A stretch of DNA of 64,000 nucleotides from the human T2T-CHM13v2.0 reference genome, Homo sapiens (GCA_009914755.4 CP068257.2:27328001-27392000); one strand, 5' to 3'; shown: positions 16,652 to 29,486, counted from the stretch's first letter. Translations and numbers: made by a program. The notes: generated by a model from the sequence alone, not told the origin.

Positions 16652-16958
16652 GGCCGGGCCCAGTGGCTCATGCTTGTAATGCCAACACTTCGGGAGGCCG
16701 AGGCGGGTGGATCACCTGAGGTCGTGAGTTCGAGACTAGCTTGACCAACATGGTGAAACCCCATCTCTATAAAAAATACAAAAAAATTAGCCAGGTGTAG
16801 TGGTGCATGCCTATAATCCCAGCTACTCGAGAGGCTTAGGCATGAGAATCATTTGAACCCAGAAGCTGGAGGTTGCAGTGAGCTGAGACTGCGCCACTGC
16901 AATCCAGCCTGGGTGACAGAGTGAGACTCTGTCTCAAAAAAAAAACAAAAACAAAAAG
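16652..16958 (+). mobile_element. Alu, antisense to LTN1, about 77 bp downstream of LTN1 exon 5
   Basis: gggccgggcccagtggctcatgcttgtaatgccaacacttcgggagg...A-rich tail. Confidence 0.92.
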
Positions 16959-17034
16959 TCACATTGAAATCATCTGATTACTTATGAGTGAAACAAATCC
17001 TTAACATGAGTTACAATGAAACAATACAACTTAC

Positions 17035-17087
17035 TGCGGGTCACTGAGTGTATCAGGTGTTTCTTTTATAAGATGATCCTGCAGCAC
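17035..17087 (-). CDS. LTN1: LTN1 exon 5, 53-bp small exon; VLQDHLIKETPDTLSDP(Q)
   Basis: Acceptor ctttgtag|GTGCTGCAG (17088-17089). Donor CCCGCA|GTAAGTTG (17033-17034). Joins exon 4 (phase 0) to exon 6 (needs 2 nt) correctly. Confidence 0.78.
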
Positions 17088-17574
17088 CTACAAAGGGGGG
17101 AAATACCAAAGCCTTTGGTTTTACTGAACTGTCAATGGTGAACAGACAGAGCCTAGTTAAATAAAATCCACTTTTTAAAAATCCCCATAAACATCATCTT
17201 ACCTAAGAGCAGAATCAAATAGCAAAACTGAAAGGTTTGAATTTTACCAATTTTCCTTTTCCTATCAATTCCCAAGGTTAGCTGCTTTAGATACTTCTTC
17301 CCCACGCACCTATAAATACTCCTGACCACTTGTTCCTCCATTTCTCTTTCACACAGCAATGAAGTGAATGTGAATCTGGGAGATAAATTAGGCTCTGCTT
17401 TCCTCTCCCCTCTTTCTGTAAGCCTGCTTGCCCACAAAGAACACCATACATTGTGCTCTGCTCCATCACAGAGGAAGGTATGAGGTTTTCAAATATACGG
17501 AAGTCTGTTTCCTCCTGGGGTGCAGTGCAAGGGAGTCCACTGTTCCAGTAACTGCTTTATCAGCAATAACAATA

Positions 17575-17790
17575 ACTAACACTTATTGAGCTTTTGCATG
17601 TGCCAGGTATTGCTTTGAGCACATTTTAGGCATTAACTAAATCAATCCTCAGAACTCCATGAAGTACAAGTTAATTCCTGCTTTATAGATTATGAAATGA
17701 AGGCACAGAAACTTGCCCAAGGTCACACACCTAGTTGCTAGCTGATGGCAGAGTGGGACTAGAACCAATGGTGTGACCCAGAGCCCATGT
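17575..17790 (+). mobile_element. MIR (mammalian-wide interspersed repeat) fragment
   Basis: ...tgaaatgaaggcacagaaacttgcccaaggtcacacacctagttgctagctgatggcagagtgggactagaaccaatg... matches the MIR core (GAGGCACAGAGAGGTTAAGTAACTTGCCCAAGGTCACACAGC). Confidence 0.7.
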
Positions 17791-19410
17791 CTTATAGACA
17801 GTATGATATACTATCTATAATGCTGACATTTTGATTTTCATTTGCCTAACTCCTCTCTAATACATGGGTTTGGAACTGGAGACAGTTCAATGCCAACAGC
17901 TGTAATGAACTGTAACATAGCCAACTAAAGGGAAAATAAAATGGAAGAAATAACCCAATGTTCAATGATTAGTTATCCATCCATGACAAAGCCAAGAACA
18001 AATTTATTTTCTAAAGCCTATGAAGAGCCAAACTAGTTGTCTCAAAATCCATTTCCTAAAGCTCTTAGCGTCCAAACTCATGACACTTCACTCTTGTAAC
18101 GTTTATAACTTGGCATTTTAAATCAACCAATGATTCTTATGCTACAGATGGGTTAGAAAACTCCATTTGAGCATATGATTAAAGCTACAAACCCTCTCTC
18201 TAGAAAAACACGCTTGGTACACCTGAGAAATGAAGAATGGAAGAACCTAAATGAGGTACTACAATCAAGTTATGTGTTGGGGAGTGCTGGGTGAAGAGAT
18301 TAGATAGGGAAGCAGGGACCAGATCATGCAGAGCCTTGTATGTCAAGACAAGAAATTTGAACTTAAAAGTGTAATGGAGAGCCACAGGAAGGATGGCTAA
18401 TTGAAAGGAGGAAGGAAAGCAGGGGGAGAGGGTCAGATGGAAATGTTTAAGTAGGGTTATACACAGGGTGTTGTGGAAACACAGGAGTACTAAATAAGGG
18501 AATAAATGCAAGCATAGATTTTTTAAAAAATTATCAATTCCCTCCTCACTTCTACTTCATCTACTTTTATTTCTCAATATAATTCTAACAACTTTGTTGT
18601 CTGGTTTTTCTAGTCCATATATTGGGAATAGAAAATGAAGGGGGAAGAAATGAGACACTACTAGAAACAGACACACTGAAAGCCACAAACAGGTATGGCT
18701 GGTAACTTTTTATGAGAAAGTTATGGCAAAAGTGTTAGCCCAGTGTGGAGAAACTTTATCTGAAAATGGGAGTATAAATTTGTTTGGCCTTTTGAAGGGC
18801 CATTTATCATTATAAAAAATTTTAATGTTCTTATTCTTTGGCCCAACATATGCTTACTAGAAGTTCTAGTAAGTATCACTCCCACAAGGGTATGAAGAGA
18901 TCTACTCAAGAATGTTTACTGAAATAGCATTTGTTATGATAAAAATTGGAAAAAAATCCAAATGTATATTAATCTAAAAAGTTAAATAAACTACAGTACA
19001 TCCATGTATAGTAATACCAGAGAGCCAATAAAAAGAAAAAGACACTAAGTTAGATCTGTATATATATATATATTGATATGGAAACACGAGAGAAAATAAT
19101 TTTAGATTTATTTTTAGATATATTACTTGTTTAGATTACATAAAACATCTACTTTTTAAAAATATAATAAAGACTTCAAAATTAAAATGGAAAATTTAAA
19201 TACTGTAGAAAGATCCAATCCAAAATGTTAATCTTGTTAAAGATCCAAAATGGTTATTTAACTAAACAGAATTTTAAAAAGGCAACCTTCAGTTGGAAAT
19301 ACTCTACTTACTCATTCCCCTACAATCCCAAGTAAAAGAGCTGTCATTATGCTTATAACCCTTAAATACTTAAAAAAAAAAAATAGATTCAGAATGATTC
19401 CAGAACTTAC

Positions 19411-19641
19411 ACTTGTAATTTCATCCTTACAAAATGCTATGGCTTCAGGTTGCTTGCTTGGAGGAAAAGCCGCTTCAAATGCATCTTTTGCTGCAAACGC
19501 AGCTGGTGTGTAAGTATCACACTGAGCCATTAGCCAATATCCCATTAAACTTTTTAAGTATGGAGCCAACTGTTTCTTTACTTTAAGGATAAGTTTTTCA
19601 AAAGCTTGTTGTGTGGCTTCTCGGACGCGACGGTCATGATC
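19411..19641 (-). CDS. LTN1: LTN1 exon 4, 231 bp; [77 protein letters not shown]
   Basis: ORF 19312..19569 (-). Acceptor tttttaatag|GATCATGAC (19642-19643). Donor ACAAGT|GTAAGTTCT (19409-19410). Confidence 0.9.
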
Positions 19642-19896
19642 CTATTAAAAATATAAATGTGATTTAAAATAGCTCTAGCCCATAAAAACAATCACAGACA
19701 TTTCTGGATATGCTATAATGACCCATTACCAAGAATTCACCTATGTATTAAGCTAAACTGAAATCATTTTTTTTAAATCAATAATTTGGAGGTTTTTAAA
19801 TCAGAAACTATGTAAAATAATTTATTAATTTTTCTTTCTCCCCTTCTCCCAATGAGATAGGATTGTATTCAAGACAGATTCAAAGTTGGGCCTTGA

Positions 19897-20202
19897 GGCC
19901 GAGCCTGGTGGCTCGTGCCTATAATCTCAGTACTTTCGGTGGCCGAGGCAGGCGGATTATTGGCGGTCAGGAGTTCAAGACCAGCCTGGCCAACATGGTG
20001 AAACCCCGTCTCTACTAAAAATACAAAAAATTAGCGGGGCATGGTGGCACACACCTGTAATCCCAGTTACTCAGGAGGCTAAGGCAGGAGAATCACTTGA
20101 ACCCAGGAGACGAGGTTGCAGTGAACAGAGATCGCGCCACTGCACTCCAGCCTGGGTGACAGAATGAGACTCCGTCTCAATTAAAAAAAAAAAAAAAAAA
20201 GT
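19897..20202 (+). mobile_element. Alu
   Basis: ggccgagcctggtggctcgtgcctataatctcagtactttcggtggccgaggcagg...A-tail. Confidence 0.9.
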
Positions 20203-20379
20203 TGGGTCTTCAATAATTAAGCAACTCACTCTCATTCTTCTGCAGCAAATATACAGGGAATAAAATCACTATCAAAATTTATTAAAACTGGAAAGCACCT
20301 GGGTAATTCTCCAGTAACAACCTAATTTCTGAAAACAGACTTCCTAAATGTTCTTCATAACCCAACACAATCCAATCTT

Positions 20380-20680
20380 TTTTTTTTTTTTTTTTAAAGA
20401 CATTGTCTTGTTCTATTGTCCAGGCTGGAGTGCAGTGGTGCAATCTTGGCTCACTGCAACCTCCGCCCCACCGGGTTCAAGCGATTTTCCTGCCTCAGCC
20501 TCCCAAGTAGCTGGGATTACAGGCATCCATCACCACACCCGGCTAATTTTTGTATTTTTAGTAGAGACAGGGTTTCACCATGTTGGCCAGGCTGGTCTCA
20601 AACTCCTGACCTCAAGTGATCTGCCCACCTCAGCCTCCCAAAGTGCTGGGATTACAGGCATGAGCCACCATACCAGGCCC
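20380..20680 (-). mobile_element. Alu
   Basis: T17 run...ccaggctggagtgcagtggtgcaatcttggctcactgcaacc...ggcatgagccaccataccaggcc. Confidence 0.92.
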
Positions 20681-20857
20681 CAATCTCTTTTTTTATTTCC
20701 ACGCTCTTCTCAAGTGTTAACAATTCAATCTGCATAACAATGCTGACATAACATTTAATAACCCTCACCAAAAATCAACATTATAAATTTGAGAGTCTCC
20801 ATGACTCCAACCAAAAAATATACAACAGAAATAAACTAGCAAAGTTTTAATACTTAC

Positions 20858-20956
20858 AAGTGAAATTTTGCAAAAAATTCTTGGCCAATATGGAAGAACT
20901 CCTTTCACAGTTTCTGTGTCTCTCTCTGTACACATGGTTCCAAATTCCTGCATAGC
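20858..20956 (-). CDS. LTN1: LTN1 exon 3, 99 bp; [33 protein letters not shown]
   Basis: ORF 20765..20953 (-). Acceptor acttacttttag|GCTATGCAG (20957-20958). Donor CACTT|GTAAGTATT (20856-20857). Confidence 0.9.
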
Positions 20957-21449
20957 CTAAAAGTAAGTTATTAACATCATTAGGATTAACAACCATAATA
21001 ACTGGCTATAGATTATTCTGTTCTGGAAGCTTTGTCTATTTTATGTAATAGGAGAATACACTATTTCTCTTTATGCCATATGAGACTAGTTTGAAGAGCT
21101 CTTTCACAGGCTACTACGGTAGAAACTCTTCAGTTGTTTTTTTAAAAATAAAACATCTACAAACAAAAAAACCTCATTTAAAGTTACAAGGTCAAAGTTA
21201 CATTCCCTAATGGGAAAAACTATACAGCCAAAATTCCAAAGCACTTTAAAAAAGTTCACTGTAACAAACTAATTTACGACCTAGAAAATAAATATCAACT
21301 AAGTTTAAGACTCTGTGTCAGAAAAAAGTACAATTATAAAAGAACTTAGCAATAAATTGTTCATTTTTCTTTACATAAAACATGCTAATGACATTTTATT
21401 TTAACAAAGGGATTTTCTTGATAATTTTTATGAAAACAAGAAAACTTGC

Positions 21450-21653
21450 TTTTAATTTTGTGGTGACATCTTTCTTTGAAAGTTTCCGCAGCACCATTCG
21501 GAAATCAGAATCTACAAGACTGTCAATTTCTTCAGCTCCTTGAATAGCAGGAACATAGCCTAGGTCACTCTGAGATGTTCCAAAACCAATAAATCCAGGC
21601 ACTGTTCCCTGTTCTTTGGCAAGGAGTTCTGCAGCTCGGCCACTGTTTGAAGG
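21450..21653 (-). CDS. LTN1: LTN1 exon 2, 204 bp; [68 protein letters not shown]; ends in a GC (non-GT) splice donor
   Basis: ORF 21396..21602 (-). Acceptor ttttcttatcag|CCTTCAAAC (21654-21655). The only frame-consistent donor is AAA|GCAAGT (GC at 21448-21449). Confidence 0.82.
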
Positions 21654-22580
21654 CTGATAAGAAAATTACGGAGAAAAAAGTCAGAGTCCAGGAAGGGTTC
21701 AAAACTTAACTTTATAATTCCTTGGCTATTCCCATGGTCAGAATGAGCTTTTATTTTATTTTCTTTTTTCCTAGCCTAAAATTTCATCTATTGCAAAGTT
21801 CCCCAAAGATTAATGGTTTTGTTGCCAAGAATCCATCAATACTGATCCTAGAAATTATTCTGTTTCTTAAACATTAGAATGTTTTGTAAACCATGGATAC
21901 AATCCATTAGTGGCTCATGATATCAATATAATGGACCATGACAGAATTTTAAAGAAATTGATTAAAATTTTTAAAATCAGAATGTATCACATGCAGGAAA
22001 ATTTTCATAAATGCTGTTATGAATTTTTTATTTCTAACTTTCATATAAATAGTATGTATACACATATGTATACTATGTAATGATGTAAAATGAACTCATA
22101 AATAGAACCCATCCTTTCATTCACCCATTAAATGAACAATTATTTATTAAACAATCACAATGGCCCAGGTCTAATGATAGCTGCCTCTAGACTGAGAGTT
22201 CCTTGAGAGTGGATACACTCATTTCCACACACTCCAAAGCCTAGCCTAACCTCTTTGGGCTAAAATTACATTATTATAGCCATAAAAATCAATACAACAG
22301 TCAATCTATAATACAGACTCCTTTGTTTTGAATCATAGTCAGTGGTTTCTTTGACTGATACACAATATAGTAGTCTTCTACTAAAAGGAGGTGAGTTGAT
22401 ACAGAGAAAGAAAATATTTGAACTGCTAAAAGAAATTAACTTATTGTTATCTAAACAGAAAATGCTTCAGTTTGACCACCAAGCTGACATCACAACCCAT
22501 CTAAAGTCATCTATTTCTTATTTCTCTATAAGGATGTTTGCCAACGGTTATCCAAATGTGTGATTCAAATTGCTCATACC

Positions 22581-22889
22581 GGCCGGGCACAGTGGCTCAC
22601 GCCTGTAATCTCAGCACTTTGGAAGGCCAAGGCGGGCAGATCACGAGGTCAGGAGTTCGAGACCAGCCTGGCCAACATGGTGAAACCCCATCTCTACCAA
22701 AGATACAAAAAATTAACTGGGCGTGGTGGCGCACGCCTGTAATCCCAGCTACTCGGGAGGCTGAGGCAAGAGAATCGCTTGAACCGGAAGGCAGAGGTTG
22801 CAATGAGCCAAGATTGTGCCATTGCACTCCAGCCTGGGTGACAGGGCGAGACTCTGTCTCAAAAAAAAAAAAAAACAACAAAAAAAAAC
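22581..22889 (+). mobile_element. Alu flanked by a 15-bp direct repeat caaattgctcatacc
   Basis: ggccgggcacagtggctcacgcctgtaatctcagcactttggaagg... The direct repeat sits at 22566-22580 and 22891-22905. Confidence 0.92.
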
Positions 22890-22907
22890 AAATTGCTCAT
22901 ACCGGCC

Positions 22908-23207
22908 AGGCAAGGTGGCTCATGCCTGTAATCCCAACACTTTGGGAGGTCAAGGCGGGTGGATCACTTGAGCCCTGAAGTTCGAAACCAGCCTCGGCAA
23001 CATGGCAAAACCCTGTCTCTATCAAAAACACAAAAATTAGCCAGGCGTGGTGGCATGTGCCTGTAATCCCACCTACTCAGGAGGGTGAGTCATGAGAATT
23101 GCTTGAACCTGGGAGGCTGAGGTTGCAGTGAGTCAAGATTGTGCTACTGCACTCCACCCAGGGCAACAGAGCGAGGCTCTGTCTCAAAAAAAAAAAAAAA
23201 AAATCCT
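22908..23207 (+). mobile_element. Alu (tandem to the previous one)
   Basis: ggccaggcaaggtggctcatgcctgtaatcccaacactttgggagg...A-tail. Confidence 0.92.
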
Positions 23208-23405
23208 AATACCTAGCAAAAGTGTGTTTGGAAAATTCATCTGACAAGGAATAATCTGGCCTACTTCCTAAACTGAACTGAGTGAACAGGAAAGAAAATG
23301 ATGGCCTGCATTACATTTGTTTTCAATCTGTAGCATTTAAGACTAATTCCAAAAAAGGTTCTCTATTTTTTTTTTTAAGTGAAAGTAAGTTTATTAAGAA
23401 AATAG

Positions 23406-23750
<345 letters not shown>

Positions 23751-24448
23751 TTAAGTTTATTAAAATGAATTAATATTAATTATTCAATTCACCTTTCTCA
23801 ATATTGGTACATGAATAAAGAGCCACAAAGGAAGTAGTTAGTGAATTATAATTCTTAAACTAAATATGATGACTTTAGGGTATCAGAATTTTCTACAATC
23901 TCATGTGTAAACGGTTTTATTATGAAACAGAATAAAAAACTAATTATTGCTAACATCTAAAGGAGTTGAGGCTGAAATAACAGAATTAGGAGTGATAACT
24001 AGGGGCAAAAGAGAAGGTATCAAATTTCCAGTCTCCAATTTAAAAGTAACAAGTTACTTTTAAATGCACTATCTTTTTTTAATGTCTACTTTAAATTTAA
24101 AATATAGTTACTCTTATGATCTTTGTATGTTAAGTGCTATACCCATAGTTCAATAAAAATTAAGAAACAATTCTATTTATGGCACTTATTTTTTTTTTTG
24201 TACTATGCCTACTTCTGTCTACACTCTTTCATGCCTAGCTTCTAGAGTTATTTGTGGTGGCAATCCTGAGTCTACAAAGACCAAACCAAGGAAGACTTAC
24301 AAGACCTTTCACCATCTAACCTCAACTTTTCCCAGTCTTATCTCCTGCCACTCTTTCCTTCCCTTGCCCCACTTCCTTCTCCCTTCTTCAAATTATGCTG
24401 CCATCATTCATGCCCTAGTAGCAAACTGAATTCGAAGTTCTCTGAGGC

Positions 24449-24712
24449 AGGGCATGGTGGCTCACACCTGTAATCCCAGCACTTTAGGAGGCTGAGCGTA
24501 TCTTTGGGCAGATCACTTCAGGCCAAGAGTTTGAGACCAGCCTAGCCAACATGGCAAAACCCTGTATCTATTAAAAATACAAAAAATTAGCCGGGTGTGA
24601 TGGTGCACGCCTGTAATCCCAGCTACTCGAGAGGCTGAGGCAACAAAACTGCTTGAACCTGGGAGGTGGAGGTTGCAGTGACCCGAGACTCTGTCTCAAA
24701 AAAAAAAAAAAA
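24449..24712 (+). mobile_element. Alu with a right-arm deletion
   Basis: ggcagggcatggtggctcacacctgtaatcccagcactttaggaggctgag...A-tail. Confidence 0.88.
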
Positions 24713-25667
24713 GTTATCTATGTGATGGCCTTTCACAATTTGATCTTTATATAACCTTTTTTCTCTACCTGAAAACGCTTCCTTTCTTTTCACTGTCTGA
24801 CAAACTCCTACTCATCTTTCAAACTCATGTTTGCAACACTTGCCTTCCTCCATTCTCTTCCATTCTCCCACATTCTTTCTTCTAATACCTGCATCATAAT
24901 TCTTTAACATTTGCTTACATATGTGTCTGTATCATCAAACTAATAGTTCAAGAACAGCAGACATCTATTATCTCTGAATACCTGACATCCAGTATCAGAG
25001 TCTTCTATTGAAGACTTTGCCACATTAAAGTTAAAATCCCAACTCCACAACTTCCTGGCTACATGAGCTTAGGCAAGCTAATTTCTCTAAACCTCAGTTT
25101 CACCACATTTAAAATGAGATATGAGTAATTAATTCATTAGTTGGGTTGTTTTCATGATTAAGCATAAGTTTTTAAATCACCATAGTAATAACTGATTCCA
25201 GCAAGAATCAAAGGGTGCTCAAACCATTAGGTGAAAGTTTGTGGAAGAGCAGGACATTCACAGTTTCAAACTAACATATTATTTGTTATTGGCCAATGGA
25301 AAAATATAACTTTATAATGAACAACACCTTAACCAAGTAATTAAACAAATACCACCAATAAGGGGACAAACAGGTGCGAAGTGCCCCTGGTGTGTGATGC
25401 ACTGAGAAAGACTCATCATCTATGAAGAATTCCTTCTAAAAATTGTTTAGCCTGAATCTAATCATAAGGAAAAAACTAGATGAATCTGAATTAATCAAAC
25501 AAATGGCCCAGGCTCTTCCAAATTTTGTTAAAAAAGACACTCCTCTCCCCGCTTAAACAGTACTGAGAAACTGTCTAGATCAAAGAAACCCAAATGGTAA
25601 CTAAATGGAATGAGTGATCCTTGACTGAATCTCAGATGTTAAAACGGTTTATCTTTTTAAAAAAGTC

Positions 25668-25876
25668 CCAGCCTGGGCAACATGGCAAAACTCTGTCCCT
25701 ACAAAAATAAGCTAGCCGTGATGGCCTGTACCTGTAGTCCTAGCTACTGGAAAGGCTAAGCTGGGAGGATCACTTGAACCCGAGAGGCGGAGATTGCAGT
25801 GAGCCAAGTTCACGCCTCTGCACTCCAGCCTGGGTAACAGAGCCAGACTCTGTCCCCGAAAAAAAAAAAAAAAAGA
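25668..25876 (+). mobile_element. Alu fragment
   Basis: cccagcctgggcaacatggcaaaactctgtccctacaaaaataagctagccgtgatggcctgtacctgtagtcctagctact...A-tail. Confidence 0.8.
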
Positions 25877-26025
25877 TTAGCCAGGAGTCCTAGCTACTAA
25901 GGAGGCTGAGGTGGGAGGACTGACCGCTTGAGCCCAAGAGGTTGACACTGCAGTGGGCCATGATCATACCACCACACTCCAGGTTTGGAGACAGAGCGAC
26001 CCTGTCTTACAAAAAAAAAAAAAGA
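25877..26025 (+). mobile_element. Alu right-arm fragment
   Basis: attagccaggagtcctagctactaaggaggctgaggtgggagg...cactccaggtttggagacagagcgaccctgtcttacaaaaaaa. Confidence 0.75.
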
Positions 26026-27482
26026 AAAAAGAGAACATTATTGGGATAACTACAGAAGTCTAAATACAAGGCTGTATCCTGGATTACAGTATTATACAAA
26101 AGTCAAAGTTTCTGCATACTATAACCATTATTATAATTGCTGCAGGCTAGAAAATGGCATTGTTTTTAGAAGATACATGCTGATGTATTTAGGAGTTAAG
26201 AGTCCCGACTTCTGCAACTAACTCTTATAAGTTCAGAAAAATACATAAATTAAGAGAGAGAAAGCAAATGCAACCAAGTATTAGCAATTGGTAAATGTAG
26301 GTAAAGAGTATATGGGATGTCGTTCTAATATTCTTGCAACTTTTCCTCATAAGAACTTTTCAAATATAAAACATTTGAGAAAATCTGTTAAATAAAAAAC
26401 ATTAAAAGATGCAAGTAAAGTGCTTAGCACAGTAACACAACAGGTTGCTATAATTGTTAATACTGTTATTATCTTCCAAAACAGATTAAGTGACAGATGT
26501 AAGAAAATGTGACATTGAAATCACTAGAATTAACTACATCAGAAACAGGAAAAAAAAGCATTCTCATAAAATTGGACTGTGCTATAATAAATCTAACACC
26601 ATAAAAAAATACCATTACAAAACCCCTCATCGTGTAGTTTTACACGAATCCACTTTAAGGTCGTCCTTAAGCAAGTACTTACTGAGCGTCTATTAGGTGC
26701 CAGTCTGTTCTAGGTTCCGAGGATAAAAACATTTGCTTTCAAAATACTTACGTCCTAGTGAACCAAGACAATAAATGTCATAAATACAATGGAGTAAAAT
26801 AAAGTAGGAAGAACATGGGAGTGGGGAAGGGCTACCAAGAGGGTGATCATGGGAGACCTCACTGAGGTGTCGAGAGCAAAGTTTGGAGCCACCTAACTGA
26901 AGAGCGTTGGGAGCCGGCCAGGTAGTCAAGGCACAGTGAAGAGATCAGTGTGGCTGGATGAAGTAAGCCAAGAGGAGGGAGCTGAAGATGGGACTGCAGA
27001 TGGAAAGGGGTAACAGGCAGTCCAGAAACCAAATATACCATCCTAAGAGCTTTAGCTTAGGAGAAGCCACTGTAGGTAGCAAAGGAGAGGCACAATCTGC
27101 GGTAACCTCCACAGTGGATTCACTTTAACATTCTCCCAACTCTCCTTCTTCCCAGCGCCGCCCTCCCCCAACCAACCCGCTACCTCGGCCAGATCACCTT
27201 CCAGTGAACCTGACACATTATCATTTCTTCATGAATATTATGGGTGTGTGCTCGGATGAGGACAGCTCTGGCATGGTACATCTTTTCTCTCACGATTCCC
27301 CAATCTGCTCAGAGATAACACAAACCGCTCTCAGGGACGCACACACAACAGAGAGGTCACACTCGACAGGGAAACACACGCCTCCCTACAGCCGCGCTCC
27401 ACACACCCTCCAGCAACGCGCTGGGCGGAGCCAGCCGCCTCGAAGCGAGGCTCCCGGGTCGGCCGAGCCAGCCCCCGCTCAC

Positions 27483-27674
27483 CCTCAGGTTCCCTTTAGT
27501 TCGCTGCTTGTTCTTCCCGCCCATGGTCGCGGTTGCAGCTGTACTCTGAGCACTCAGACCCCGGTTGACACGTCCGGGACACAACTTCCGGCTTCTGGCG
27601 GCGGAAGAGGACACCCTGTAATAACTTCCCCCGGGCCCTTTTCCGCCACCCACCCTGTCCATTTGCTGCCCCAC
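27483..27674 (-). CDS. LTN1: LTN1 exon 1: canonical start MGGKNKQRTKGNLR (ATG 27524-27522), donor CTGAGG|GTGAGCGG (27481-27482); in-frame upstream ATGs at 27662 (MDRVGG...) and 27674 (MGQQ...)
   Basis: ORF 27357..27674 (-) contains ...TATMGGKNKQRTKGNLR followed by GTGAGC. It lies in a CpG island with ETS, CRE and CCAAT motifs upstream. The 5' UTR and TSS extend to about 27.6-27.75 kb. Confidence 0.85.
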
Positions 27675-27800
27675 TTCCGCTCCCGCCTCCCGCTGTGTCC
27701 CTGACCATCCGCCACCGGAGACGTCACAGCTAAAGCCACGCCTGTCTGAGTGATGTCATTCCTGGCCAATAGGAAGCCAAGCATTGGACCCGTGGCGCCA
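27560..27800 (-). promoter_or_regulatory. LTN1: LTN1 CpG-island core promoter
   Basis: On the gene strand: CCAAT box (plus 27766-27770 ggCCAATagg), CRE-like TGACGTCT (27718-27728), TGATGTCA (27751-27759), ETS cores CGGAAGT (27671-27680 and 27581-27590) and GC boxes. No TATA. The CpG-rich stretch runs about 27130-27800. Confidence 0.7.
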
Positions 27801-28936
27801 AATCCTGTCCTCCCCGCTTTCAGAAGCTAGGTTTGTTCCTTGCTTAGAGGGTAGGAAACTGGCGTGAATCATCAGAGGGGCAGTTTCACATAAGGGTAGC
27901 ATTAGAATGTTATGGTAGAGGCTGTGGGAAGATGGGAGTGTTTTAGACTTCCAACATGATGCAATCATCAGTATCACCTGGGCGTTTTTTAGAAAAGGCC
28001 AACTCGGGCCCCTCAGAACTCCTGAATCAGATCCTGCATTTTGACAGTATTCCCAAGTCTTGTTAAAATTTGATTACTGCTGTAGGCAATATTCTCTCTA
28101 AATCTCCCCTCCCCGTCCCCTTTTATTCATATTGAAACTGTTAACGTGCAGTTTAGGAAAGAGGATAATGTGGGAGTCCCTATTAAAATTTGAAATGTAC
28201 AAATCCTGTAACCCATTGATTGTGCGACTCAGAATCACACCAGAGAAACAAGTAAATGTGTGCTGGTTATTGTTTCTTGTCCACGCAGTCACCCTTTTAT
28301 ACTCAACTCCATGTTACTGGGGGGGCTTCTGCTAGATTCCACCAACAGGACGAACAAGAGGGAAACAAAGGCAAGAGGAAGAAGGGACTTGCTCCATTCT
28401 GTAAGCATCATGCCAGCAGCAGCTGCATTTTACCGTGGCAGGAGCAATTGCTTTAGCCAAAAGGTGGTTTTAATCTCCATCCTTTTTCCAACAATCACAG
28501 AATCAGCCTTATTGCACCCCTCAGAGATCACAGCAGCAGTCAGTGCTCTCCTCAGAGATCTGAATTCTACTTTCATGCGGCCCCTCCCCTGAGCTCCTGA
28601 GATAGCCAATGTTTGAGCCACCTCCTCAGAAGTTTGAGCCTCAACACCGTGGGATCCCTTCTTTGTGCTCCAGAGATCCAGTAACAGCCAGCCATCACCC
28701 TCTCTTCATTCTTCATAGGCCTGAACTAAGGTGTTCAGGGCCCTCCTTCAAGCTTTTAGGTTCTGATGACTCCAACCACTTCTTTTGTTCCATCCTTTCC
28801 TAGCTCTAGGAATGGTAGCTGCTACCTGCAGTGATTACCTGTTACCTTTTATAATTCCTTTTGACCAATTTCCCATATTAAAATATTTCTCAATAACTAA
28901 TGTGATTTCTGTTTTCCTGACTGGACCCTGATTTTA

Positions 28937-29255
<319 letters not shown>

Positions 29256-29486
29256 TTACAGGAGGTTCACAAAAACTTTATAATAGAAAGATAATTGTAA
29301 GCAACCTATGTCTATATATTGGAGAACTGCTAAATAAATTATATGTATTCAATAAGCTATTAGGCAACATTTAAGAATAAGGTTTATCTGAACACACATA
29401 GGAAGAATTCTAAGACACATTCTTAAATAAAAAGCAAATACCAATATATACAGTATGATACCATTTGTGTTTTTAAAACCCACAAC

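Noticed and set aside
27204-27784. Plus-strand ORF (166 aa) and several minus-strand ORFs overlapping the LTN1 exon 1 CpG island
   Set aside because: The plus-strand ORF is antisense to LTN1 exon 1 in a CpG island, where high GC suppresses stop codons. Only the minus-strand frame containing MGGKNKQRTKGNLR followed by a GT donor is supported.
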